A DNA stretch of 35,984 bases from positions 1-35,984 of the forward strand of contig NW_021826220.1 of the NCBI RefSeq assembly GCF_006345805.1, written 5' to 3'. The position numbers were made by a program, and so were the translations under genes. The notes below the pieces were generated by a model. The model saw only the letters and a list, made by a program, of their open reading frames with translations. It was not told the origin of the DNA and did not search any database. Positions 22,666-33,735 of the stretch are shown one piece after another. This stretch comes from Octopus sinensis. Its lineage: Eukaryota. Each line of letters opens with the position of its first letter. The stretch's first letter is position 1.

Positions 22666-22880
22666 GAATTGCATATGTCTGTATGTATGTGTATGTGTGT
22701 GTTTATAAATGGTTGCTTTAATTTTTATGTAATGTGAGCTATATTTTCTTTTTTCAAAAAGTGAAGAATGAGAAACTGTGACACACGCTGTTCTCAAGAA
22801 TGTGAGCGATGTAAGAGAAATTGAATCGGATCCAGTTAAAATCTGAAACTTAAGATTTATAGCCTGTTTGATGCTGGTAT

Positions 22881-22913
<33 letters not shown>

Positions 22914-23085
22914 GCATGTAGACGAATTCCTAATCCAAACCTAGAAATATGTATAAACAGCTGCTAAACACTGCACATGTATAGTATAGAGCACTGTCAA
23001 CACAGTAAAAATAATACATCCCAAACAAAACACTGCACTTATCCAGTGCACACAGAGCTGTGCACTACAGTGCAGTGAAAGTCAC

Positions 23086-23810
23086 CATCATCATCATCAT
23101 TATTTAGTGTATGTTTTCCATTCTGGCATGGGTTGGATAGTTTGACAGGAGCTGACAAGGCCAGGTTCTGTAATCTGTTTTGGCTTGGTTTCTCTAGCTG
23201 GATGCCTTTTCTAATGCCAACCACTCCACAGTGTGTACTGGGTGCATTTTATGTGGCAGCATCAGTGCTTTTGACATGTCACCAGCACCAGTGCCCTTCA
23301 TAAGCGAGCATCACCAAGGTGGTTTTAGTATATCAATTCTGATCTATTGTGCTGGGCTGGTCATCTTTATATATAAAAGAGAAGTTGTGTGAATGTCTGT
23401 CTCCTACGATTTAGATTCCTAACTACTCCCACATTTTGTGGTGCAGTTTAACCAAAAGCGGGTATCTTATAGTCGTGATTCATATCGAGCCCTTCTGGGT
23501 ATTAGCGCGCGTCTACGATGAGTCTACGATTTAAAAAAAATTTACCATCATTTTTTCCCATTTTTAATGCATTTTTTTGCTATTATATAAGGGAAGTAAC
23601 TCTCTAAAAATGCTTATATAGTTATTTCTCTTACAAACCCGAGCAACGCCGGGCGATACTGCTAGTCTTGGATACAACAATGTACCATATACTTCAGTCT
23701 TTTGTCATCTCCTTCATAAAGTTCAGCATTTTGAAGTCAACCTTCAGTACTTTGTCCCATGTTTTCTTGGGTACCTCCTTCCATAACTTCCATCCACATT
23801 AAGTGATTAG
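23086..23810 (-). mobile_element. RTE LINE 3' portion interrupted by a Helitron
   Basis: Minus strand NVDGS.GR(frameshift)PKKTWDKVLKVDFKMLNFMKEMTKD*SIWYIVVSK; removing 23364-23665 continues in frame as MTSPAQ*; then 3' UTR and (GAT)n. Confidence 0.88.
23364..23665 (+). mobile_element. Non-autonomous Helitron, short form (302 bp)
   Basis: A|TC 5' end, CTAG|T 3' end, GC hairpin cccgagcaacgccggg shortly before the 3' end, no TSD; the empty site restores the RTE reading frame. Confidence 0.9.
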
Positions 23811-23819
23811 CACTTCTTT

Positions 23820-24265
23820 ATGCAAATTCTTGCTAATTTTTGGCACACAGCCAGAAATTTTGAGGAGAGGCAAGAAGTTAGTTACGTCATCCCCAGTACT
23901 TAACTGGTACTTTATTTCATCAACCTTGAAAGGATGAATGGTAAAATTGACCTCTGCTGGATTTGATCTCAGGACAAGGAGACAGGGCATTTCATCTGAC
24001 ACTCTATCAGTTCTGCCAATCCACTGCCTTCTTAAAATATCTGCATGGCACCATCAACCAGAAAGGATTGAAAGAAGTTCAAGGACAGTGCAGGATGATG
24101 CATTTTGGAATTACATACAAAAAAACAGAGGAGGAACCAGTCAATTACATTGACCCCAGTGCTCAACTGGTACTTATTTTATTGACGTCAGAAGGATGAA
24201 AGGTGAAGTTAACCATGACAGAATTTGACCTCAGAACATAAAGATGAATGAAATGCTGCTAAGGA
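23820..24265 (-). mobile_element. Two SINE-A copies (about 23820-24040 and 24125-24265)
   Basis: ccccagtacttaactggtactttatttcatcaacc...aaaggatgaatggtaaaattgacc...gatttgatctcag and a second equivalent set. Confidence 0.8.
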
Positions 24266-24286
24266 CGATTCTGTCTGCTTGTTTTC

Positions 24287-24287
<1 letters not shown>

Positions 24288-24320
<33 letters not shown>

Positions 24321-24800
24321 TAATGGGCTACTCAACCTGAAGAAAATTCTAACTGGGCCCCACCTGCAAGGTCATGTGCTGTTTATCTTGATATGAGATC
24401 ACCATGTCACGCACATATGGTTGTGATGCATGTGCCTGGTGTACCTTTATCAGACAGGTAGTCATGATGGGTATACTGGGCTTCGTATATTTTACCCCAG
24501 TGTCGCTTTGATGGCATGCACTGCTCTCTCACTCAATAATAATAATAATAATATAATAATAATGATAATGGGCTACTCAACCTGAAGAAAATTCTAACTG
24601 GGCCCCACCTGCAAGGTCATGTGCTGTTTATCTTGATATGAGATCACCATGTCACGCACATATGGTTGTGATGCATGTGCCTGGTGTACCTTTATCAGAC
24701 AGGTAGTCATGATGGGTATACTGGGCTTCGTATATTTTACCCCAGTGTCGCTTTGATGGCATGCACTGCTCTCTCACTCAATAATAATAATAATAATAAT
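24288..24800 (+). repeat. Exact tandem duplication (period 245 bp) of a 211-bp element bounded by (TAA)n tracts
   Basis: 24325-24535 and 24570-24780 appear identical; each ends ctctctcactca-(ata)n like a 5'-truncated retroelement with a (TAA)n tail. Confidence 0.92.
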
Positions 24801-25081
24801 AAACCTTTCTACTCTTGGTACAAGGCCTGAAATTTATGGGGAGACAGCTAGTCAATTACACTGACCCCAGTTCTCCAGCAATATCAGGATAAAGGTGCTT
24901 GAATGTGTTACCTTCATCTAATTGATGATACAAAAACTAAGTCCATAATACAGAAACATTCGACTCAAACAGACATACGAGAAAACATAGAAGACATTCA
25001 CCCAAGGATCCACACAGTAGGATTGCCTGCCTCTTATTTACATATTTGTGTGTATGTGTGTGTGTGTATATATATATATAT

Positions 25082-25396
25082 AACAATTGCAGCATGGAAG
25101 GTGTTTATAAGCCATAAAAACCGTTAGATTCACTTCAACATTTAAATTTAATTTGTCGAAATATTTTCGTCGCTTTGAGACTGTGACCTATTCACTGACA
25201 AAACTTCGTGCTGGACAGGTCACAGTCTCAAAGCGACGAAAATATTTCGACAAATTAAATTTAAATGTTGAAGTGAATCTAACAATTTTTGTGTGTTTCT
25301 TAAATGGCTTATAAACACCTTCCACGCTGCAATTGTTTTCGTTCCAGCACACAATCTCAGATCAAGTCACTCGCTATGCAAGTACATCTCCGTAAT
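25082..25396. mobile_element. Palindromic (fold-back) MITE-like element; left end lost in (TA)n
   Basis: Outer arms 25082-25115 / 25304-25337 (34 bp, 1 mismatch); inner arms 25123-25189 / 25217-25283 (67 bp, perfect); 27-nt loop; the extension of the element to about 25396 is inferred. Confidence 0.8.
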
Positions 25397-25413
25397 ATAT
25401 ATATATATATATA

Positions 25414-25800
25414 GGCGCAGGAGTGGCTGTGTGGTAAGTAGCTCGCTAACCAAACACATGGTTCCGGGTTCAGTCCCACTGTGTGGCATCTTGGGCAAGT
25501 GTCTTCTGCCCTGGGCCGACCAATGCCTTGTGAGTGGATTTGGTAGACAGAAACTGAAAGAAGCCTGTCGTATATATGTATATATATATATATGTGTGTG
25601 TGTTTGTCTCCCTAGCATTGCTTGACAACCGATGCTGGTGTGTTTACGTCCCCGTCACTTAGCGGTTCGGCCCAAAGGACTGATAGAATAAGTACTGGAC
25701 TTACAAAGAATAAGTCCCGGGGTCAATTTGCTCGACTAAAGGCGGTGCTCCAGCATGGCCGCAGTCAAATGACTGAAACAAGTAAAAAAAGAAAAAGAAA
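25414..25800 (+). mobile_element. Full-length young SINE family B
   Basis: Near-identical to 6078-6480; preceded by (TA)n. Confidence 0.93.
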
Positions 25801-26388
25801 AAGATATGTATGTATATGTGTGTATATGAATATATAATAGCGGTGCATCAGCATGGCCATGGCCTTTGGGCTGGAAACAATAAAGGAATTCTTGGAAAAC
25901 TTGCTCATGTTTATATGTATTCATACAAGCATCTACATATACTTGTTGATTCATTAGGAAACAATTTGAAAAAAAAAAAAAGAAAAAAGAAAAGGTTTGG
26001 TCCACTAGTTATTCCAAGAATGTTTGTGTTCACTGTTCAGGGTTGGGTTAGATGTGTAAAGTGAGATGGGGTGATGCTGAGAATTGATCTTAGAGCGTTT
26101 TGCAGGTGAAACCAAACTGCACAGTGGATCCGCCTCCTAAACAGAAGGAAAGCCGTCTTGCAGAGTCTGCAAAATTACTTTAGCTGCTCTAATTTCATTT
26201 CGCAAACTCATTTGAAATGATATCATAACAAGAATTGAAATGGGCTGGCAGCTTTTGTTCTGGCAAGCAATTACACTCACACACTCTCTCTCTCTCTCTC
26301 TCTTGCTCTCTCTCTTTCTCTCCCTCTTTCTCTCTCTCATATTTTATGAATATATTTTTACACACACATGCACTAACACAATCACACA

Positions 26389-26445
<57 letters not shown>

Positions 26446-26597
26446 TGCATACATGTGTACACTACTCTCATACATGTATAGAAGTATATATATACACACA
26501 CACTCAAACATATTTTCACATGTACATTCACATATAGATAGATATTTGTATATACAATGACACATACATATTCTGTCTGTCTCTCTCTCTCTCTCTC

Positions 26598-26628
<31 letters not shown>

Positions 26629-26699
26629 TGTACATAAATATAAAATAAATTGATTTTTGTCACTTTCAACAATAACTATTTAGTTCTTTAATCAGCCAA

Positions 26700-26822
26700 T
26701 CTAACTGCTTATTGAAACAGCATGTAAATGTCTGAGTATTCCACAGGCACATGTAACATAATCCTCAGACAGAATGAATGTGACACAGTGTGAGACAAAG
26801 CCAAACCCTTCAAATTACAGGT
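26700..26822 (+). mobile_element. Degenerate family F domain
   Basis: catgtaaatgtctgagtattccacaggcacatgt...gtgacacagtgtgagacaaagcc...ttcaaattacaggt aligns to 27140-27238. Confidence 0.65.
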
Positions 26823-27052
26823 TTCAATCCATCTGACAGGCTTCCACACAGTTTCCATCAACTTAGTTTTAGTCACAAGGATTAGGCCGATCCAAAGTTA
26901 TAGCAAAAGACACTTGCTCCAACATGACTTGGTGTGGAATCCAACCTGGAACCTTTTCACCATTTGGCCATACTTCCCTACCTTGTTTGTGCAGGCACTG
27001 TTTCAAGTGACCTTGTTTATTATTGTTCTCAACATTTTATCAATGCCTACCT

Positions 27053-27309
27053 GGATGGAAGCACTCCGTCGGTTACGACGACGAGGGTTCCGGTTGATCC
27101 GATCAACAGAACAGCCTGCTCATGAAATTAACGTGTAAGTGGCTGAGCACTCCACAGACACGTGTACCCTTAACGCAGTTCTCGGGGATATTCAGCGTGA
27201 CACAGAGAGTGACAAGGCCGGCCTTTTGAAATACAGGTATAACAGAAACAGGAAGTAAGAGTGAGAGAAAGTTGTGGTGAAAGAGTACAGCAGTGTTCAC
27301 CACCATCCC
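27053..27309 (+). mobile_element. Interspersed repeat family F, best-preserved copy (probable SINE body; class not determined)
   Basis: CpG-rich segment with two diverged homologues at 17510 and 26700. Confidence 0.7.
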
Positions 27310-27472
27310 TCTCACACCATAACATCACTTCACCCTATTTTGTTTTCCCATGTCCAGTCTTGAACCTGAATTAATAAGCTGCATACACTTTTTACTAATG
27401 CAGAGCATCACTGCTTTCCTTGCATTCTACCATTTTATTGCCTGCTGTGGATTTCTTGTTTCATACTTCCAC

Positions 27473-27885
27473 TGGCTGTGTGGTATGTAGCTTGCTTACG
27501 AACCACATGGTTCTGGGTTCAGTCCCACTGCGTGGCACCTTGGGCAAGTGTTTTCTACTATAGCCTCAGGTCGATCAAAGCCTTGTGAGTGGATTTGGTA
27601 AACGGAAACTGAAAGAAGCCCATTGTATATATGTATATGTATATATGTATATATATGTGTGTGTTTGTGTGTTTGTGTTTGTCCCTGCTCCCAACATCGC
27701 TTGACAACTGATGCTGGTGTGTTTACGTCCCCGTAACTTAGCAGTTTGGCAAAAGAGACCAACGGAATAAGTACTAGGCTTCCAAAGAATAAGTCCTGGG
27801 GTCGATTTGCTCAGTCGACTAAAGGTGGTACTCCAGCATGGCCGCAGTCAAATGACTGAAACAAGTAGCAGAGTAAAAGAGCAAG
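27473..27885 (+). mobile_element. SINE family B, nearly full length
   Basis: tggctgtgtggtatgtagcttgc...gcgtggcaccttgggcaagtg...cagcatggccgcagtcaaatgactgaaacaag. Confidence 0.92.
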
Positions 27886-28320
27886 AGTATTGGTTTACCT
27901 ATAAATCCATACAATACAGTGCATTATTACCCTTATTCCGAATGGCTGCTGAGAGGCCATCAAGTGGAAATGAAGGCAGTAGGCAAGATCAACTTTGTCT
28001 TTTATCTTTTCGGAGTCAATGAAATAAAGTACTGATTAAGTAGTACATGGGTTGATGTAATCAATTGTTGTCACTTTCACATTTCTAACCTGGTGCCTTA
28101 CTGAGAAATTACAATATATCTTCCACAATCTCCTCTTCAATTTCCTTGTATAGTCAACCACATAGCCTCTGCAGTTAACCATTTAGCATATAAACTAGCC
28201 ATCATCATCATCATCATCATCCATGAATACCAAATATATAGTGCGTGTATTTTCATTGGCTAAACTGGCAACATGACCATCCCCAATTACAAGACTATAT
28301 ATATATATATATATATATAA

Positions 28321-28655
28321 AGGGTAAAGACCCCCTTCGGTCATGAGTGACCATGGGATTGCACCTAGAAAGTTACCCTCCTAGACACAAGTCCGGGCAA
28401 GGTTGTTTATGGAAGACCAGCAGTCGCCCATGCATACCAGCCTCCCCTCTCCGTGCCACCAGTGTTATCCAAGGGAAAGACATAGGTCGATACAGCTTGG
28501 CACCTGTGACGTCGCAACTCATTTCTACAGCTGTGTGAACTGGAGCAACGTGAAATAAAGTGTCTTGCTCAAGAACACAATACACAGCACGGTCCGGGAT
28601 TCGAGCTCTCAACCTCACGATCGTAAGCTCGACGCTCTAACCACTGAGCCATGCG

Positions 28656-28657
<2 letters not shown>
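28321..28657 (-). mobile_element. tRNA-derived SINE family D inserted in a (TA)n tract
   Basis: Minus strand ggcgcatggctcagtggttagagcg (A-box) ... gagctcgaatccc (B-box) ... tgtgttcttgagcaagacactt ... gcaatcccatggtcactcatgaccgaagggggtctttaccct; (TA)n on both sides. Confidence 0.85.
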
Positions 28658-28707
<50 letters not shown>

Positions 28708-28709
28708 TA

Positions 28710-29222
28710 TCTATATATATAAAACTGTAGTTGTGTGAGTGTCTGTCCCCTTCGATTTAGATTCCTAACTCCTCCCACATTTTGCGGTGCAGTTTAACCA
28801 AATTCGGGTATCTTATTGTCGGGATTCATATCGAGCCCGTCTGAGTATTAGCGCGCGTCTACGATGAGTCTACGATTTAAAAAATAATTTAACATCATTT
28901 TTTATTCCATTTTAATGCATAATTTTTCGTGTGTCGATGGCGGCGGAGTTGGCGTCCATGGTCACACCTGCACCTGTTTGCTTCTCCCCCTTCTTCCCTC
29001 CCTCGTGAAGCTGTGGGGAAGGTAGTGTAAGGAAATCAACGTCGTAAAGCATTGTCAAGGAGACCAGCGTTCTTTTAGAACAACGACTTCATGGCTTGAA
29101 GACACCAAAACAGAAATGGCTAAGAAAGCCCGAATTGGCATCTATAAGGGAAGTAACTCTCTAAAAATGCTTATATAGTTATTTCCCTTACAAACCCGAG
29201 CAATGCTGGGCGATACTGCTAG
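28710..29222 (+). mobile_element. Non-autonomous Helitron, long form (513 bp)
   Basis: A|TCTATATATATAAAA ... cccgagcaatgctggg ... CTAG|T; both ends colinear with 23364-23665, plus about 210 bp of extra interior. Confidence 0.9.
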
Positions 29223-29677
29223 TCTTTACATATTCATATATTGTCAATATAAGAATGCAAAGCCTCATTTGTACTTTTTGAATTCGTTAGTACTAGCGGT
29301 CGAAGATGGTTTGTCTAGGATTACTCATATCAGACGGGTATGTTCGATTTTTAGTGCTCTCAAATCCAAACCTAAAGAAACCTTGAGCTGATGATGGAAA
29401 TGTTGATCTCTATCTCCAACTAATCCAGAAACGGCGTTCTCAAGTAATCGATGTACGTGTGATCTTTCGTTAATATTTCCCTCTATACCTGCGTGAATTA
29501 TTTTTGAGTATACATTGTCTGGGAGACTTTTCTTATAGTAGAGGAAATAGCTAAGATTTTTTGGCTGCTATTTCTAAAAGTTCGGTGTGTGGTAAAGTAA
29601 ATTATTTTACTGAACCCTAATTATATAACGTAATGTATTCATATATATATATGCATATCTTTACATATGTATATGTA

Positions 29678-29719
<42 letters not shown>

Positions 29720-30269
29720 CATATCTTTACATATGTATATGTATTTATGTATATGTGTGTGTGTTTATGCCTACATTTTTAAGTGTGTGTACGTACATAT
29801 ATACACATATATACATACATACAAAGGCTGAAGTGACACTGAGATAAGTCTGTTACCATACAACACACATTTCAGTCTCAGGTGTATTTTTTTCTGATGT
29901 TGTGTCTAATCTTTAACGTGTTATCACCTGAGAAACCATGAAATTACCTGTAATCACCATACAGGTGATTATATATTTCTTTTCTTTTCTTCATTGACAA
30001 GATGTAGATTCTGATTTTCATCTTTCCCTTTTCATATTTTCACTGTTTGGTTCTGATTGAGGGAAATGAAACGAAGCTCTGTTCTTGTTATGTGGATTGA
30101 TTTTTTTTTCTTGTCTTTTAATTTGGTTCAGTCATTAGACTGTGGCCATACTGGGGCACAGCCTTGAGGAATTTGTAGTCGAATGAATCAACCTCAGTGC
30201 TTTGAGAAAGGTTGTTTAGCTCTTATTTCTACCAGGTTGCTTTGCTTGATGTAATTTATGTTGATGATT

Positions 30270-30550
30270 GTCACAGCAACAATGATTACAGTGATGGTGA
30301 TGTTGGTGGTGGGTGGTGATGATGATAGTGATGATTAATTATGAAGATGACAACGATGATAATGATTGTGGTGGTGGTGGTAGTGATGGTAGTTGGTGGC
30401 TGTGTTGGTGCCAGTGCACTTGTGCTGTTGGTGGTTGCATTAATGGTCATGGTGGTAATTGTATCAGCAGTGTTCAGTGATTATGTTAATGGCGGTGGTG
30501 GTGGCAAAAGTTATTGTGGTGGTGGTGGTGGTGGTGGTGGTGGTGGTGAC
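30270..30550. repeat. (GGT)/(GAT) low-complexity tract
   Basis: Visible directly; source of poly-V and poly-G ORFs. Confidence 0.9.
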
Positions 30551-31427
30551 TCTGTTGCCAATGTTGTTCAGTTTTGTGAAGCTAATTCTTACGGATTACA
30601 GATTTCAAAAACATCTTAACATTGGTCAAATGAGTTTGCCCTGATTCTATCAGTACCACACCTCGCCTACTGCTTAACATGTCAATCGTGACAGTCTCAC
30701 TGGTGTTTGTTTAAATCTTACAACGGTTGTTGTCTAATGTGGTGAAAATAAGAGAGAAAGTGAGAGAAGGGGTTGACTATTTTTTTTTAAGACAAAGTTG
30801 TTTTGAATACCTGAAAGTCGATGAAAACTGTAGTGAGTGAGACATTGGCAGCAATAGTCATGGTGGTGGAGTTCAGTTCCAGGACGATTCTGATTGACAG
30901 ACCTATGATTGATTAAAGACTTCCCACCCATGACCATCTCATCTTTTTATTCTTTTTTTTGTTAAGAAGCATCTTAAGACTATTTTAGGAGTGTCTTAGA
31001 ACTATATTCTTTAATGCTACCTTCCCTATTTATTTTTTTAAAGCTGGAGTGTGATCATGATTTAAAACATATTTGGCTGCTATTTTTGTTGGTCACTTGA
31101 CCACATAGAGGTTACATCAGTGGTGGTGGGCACTATAGGGATTGTAAAGGGTTTTGCTACTTTTTTCTGTCACTCAAGACTTTCACCACTCAAGACTGTT
31201 TTTAATACAGCAAGTAAACCTCTCAGACCCAACAACATTTCTTAAAACTATATAAGCTACACAAGTTTGAATCAAGCCCTAAGTAGAAGTTACTACACTT
31301 GCTAGAAACAGTAACCAAATCTCTTTCGAATCACACTTTGCTACAGAGAAGATTCTTAAACTTATTTTGATTTTAGGGGCACCCTTAGAAGCAAATGATA
31401 TTTATATGCCTCTGTGTGTGTGTGTGT

Positions 31428-31434
31428 AGATAGG

Positions 31435-31499
<65 letters not shown>

Positions 31500-31573
31500 G
31501 GATAGAGGGTGAGAGAGAGATACATAGATAGATGGATAGAGGGTGAGAGATAGATGGATAGAGGGTGAGAGAG

Positions 31574-31605
<32 letters not shown>

Positions 31606-31645
31606 GGATAGAGGGTGAGAGAGAGATACATAGATAGATAGATAG
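31428..31645. repeat. (GATA)n microsatellite with a higher-order unit gatggatagagggtgagaga repeated 4 times
   Basis: Visible directly. Confidence 0.92.
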
Positions 31646-31994
31646 AAATATTTGTTATATATTTTGTTGCTGTATCATTATTAATTTTCTTGCTGTTCTT
31701 CATATTATTATTATTATTATTATGATATTTTGTCATCATTGTTGTTATCAAGACTGGCTCTTATTCAAAGTGAGCATCAGTCTTCTTCACTAATGGCTTC
31801 ACACAGTTTTGTGAGCCTTCCATTAATGCGACTGGTTCTGTTTTCTGCCTTGATGTTTTCATAATTTACATTAACAATAACAACGACAACAACACAAACT
31901 TTAAAAAAACGTCAACATATTGCGGCCCTTTAGTGACAACAACAAGATCAACATTAACTGCAACAGCAACATACCAGTAGCTAATCAAAGAATT

Positions 31995-32400
31995 CCAAAC
32001 ACGACCACTACCAACACCACCACTACCAACACCACCACTACCATCATTACCATTAGCAATAACTACACCACCATCATCATCACCACCATCATCACCACCA
32101 CCACCATCACCACCACCATCACCACCACCATCATCACCACCATCACCACCACCACCACCACCATCATCACCACCACCATCACCACCACCACCACCACCAC
32201 CACCACCACCACCACCACCATCACCACCACCATCACCACCACCATCACCACCACCACCATCATCATTAACCTCACCATCTCTGCTACCATCATCATCATC
32301 ATCATCAATGACATAACACCACCATCACTACCATCACCATTACCAACATGTCAATAGTAACAACACCATCACTATCATCAACATACTAACAACAAGTCAC
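31995..32400. repeat. (CAC)/(CAT) trinucleotide tract
   Basis: Visible directly; source of the poly-Thr/Ile ORF 31920-32357. Confidence 0.93.
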
Positions 32401-32977
32401 ACTTCCACCCTCACAACCACAATCGTCAACAACAATAATACCACTACAGTTAATTACATAGAATCTAACAACGACAGCAACAGCAACAACAACAGCAGTA
32501 ACAAAATCAAAAATAAATCAAAACCCGATCCAGAATATGTGCACTTTGTGTATTATTGTATTTTTACCTTTTTAAATATCTTCCATAAGAACGTGACATG
32601 AAGGAGGTGAGGGTAGAGTTAGGGGCAAATATGATTCATTGATTTATTAGTAACCACTGAGAAGCCATCTTTGTGCTTCGGTCAATCTATCCTGCAAGAA
32701 CAGAGTGTATTTCCACCATCAACTGGCCTTGTTGCTTGTTTTTTGTTTTTTTGTGGTTGTTGTTGTTGTTTTGTTTTGAGTTTTTTTGTTTTTTTTTTCA
32801 ATGTTGATCACATGGACATAGTCAAGAATGGCTCTGTGGTTATGAAAATTTGTTTCACAACCTTGGAGTCAAAGACTTGATGCCAGTGTGTGTGTGCAGC
32901 ACCATTTACCAAATATCTTCTACCATAGCTTTGGGCTGGTCAATACCTTGCATAAGACATTTGGTCGAAGGACACTT

Positions 32978-33275
32978 TCATCATTATCATTAATATCATG
33001 TAGCATTTGTTTTCCATTCTGGCATGGGTTGCACAGTTTCACTGGAACTGGTGATCTAGAGAGCTTCACCAGGCTCCAGTTAGCTGTCTTGGCTCGGTTT
33101 CATCAGCTGGATGCCCTTCCTAACACCAACCACTTTACAGAGTGTACTGGGTGCTTTTTACAACTCACCAGCACTGGCAATGACCACATTTTACTTAGCT
33201 TCACGTCTCTTCTCAAGCACAGCAAATCGCCAGAAGTCTCACTCACATGTCGGGCTTCTTGCATCTTTGTAAAGA
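32978..33275 (-). mobile_element. RTE LINE 3' end
   Basis: Minus frame DFWRFAVLEKRREAK*, then ggtgttaggaagggcatccagctg and acccatgccagaatggaaaac-(gat)n. Confidence 0.85.
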
Positions 33276-33364
33276 CATATTGCATGTATGTGCATGTATG
33301 AGGGTGTGTATTTTCTCCTTGTACAACCTATAAGGTATGGCCATGCTGGGGCATTGCCATTAAT

Positions 33365-33612
33365 AATAATTGTTTCTAATACAGGCACATGGTCTGAAAT
33401 TCATTGGAGGGGATCAGTCAATACCTATTTCTTTATTACCCACAAGGGGCTAAACATAGAGGGGACAAACAAGGACAGACAAAGGCATTAAGTCGATTAC
33501 AGGTATTAAGTCAATACCATTAACACCAGTACTTGGCTGGTACTTTATTTTTTTTGGCCTAGAAAGGAGGAAAGGCAAAGTTAATCTCAGTAGGATTTGA
33601 ACTCAGAACATA
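33365..33612 (-). mobile_element. SINE-A2 with a nested 5'-truncated A1 tail flanked by a 10-bp direct repeat
   Basis: agtcaatacc at 33416-33425 and 33509-33518 brackets the A1 tail. Confidence 0.85.
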
Positions 33613-33682
33613 AACAATCAGATATGTTTAGGGTAAATACTCATGTGCTGAGGGTGCTACTATACTCTGTCTCTGAATGCAG

Positions 33683-33735
33683 GAGTTGATGCCTCATCAG
33701 ATGACACCTATGGGACCACTAACCAGCCCCATCAA
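33683..33735 (+). other. Candidate 53-nt micro-exon (unconfirmed)
   Basis: ctctgtctctgaatgcag| acceptor and CAA|gtaaga donor; two open frames (ELMPHQMTPMGPLTSPI or VDASSDDTYGTTNQPHQ). Confidence 0.22.

Noticed and set aside
22770-22850. ETVTHAVLK..C resembling a zf-RVT zinc knuckle of L1/Tx1 elements
   Set aside because: Needs a frameshift and stop read-through, lacks the upstream CxxC, and is too short to support.
24880-25040. ORF LHLIDDTKTKSIIQKHSTQTDIRENIEDIHPRIHTVGLP
   Set aside because: No recognisable motif or splice sites; length is compatible with chance.
28590-28657. tRNA gene (also considered for SINE-A and SINE-B heads)
   Set aside because: A and B boxes are present but there is no acceptor-stem pairing, and the sequence runs into a SINE body and tail.
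29300-29345. CLGLLISDGYV resembling a LAGLIDADG motif
   Set aside because: Short, followed by an in-frame stop within about 15 codons, and no other homing-endonuclease features; chance resemblance.
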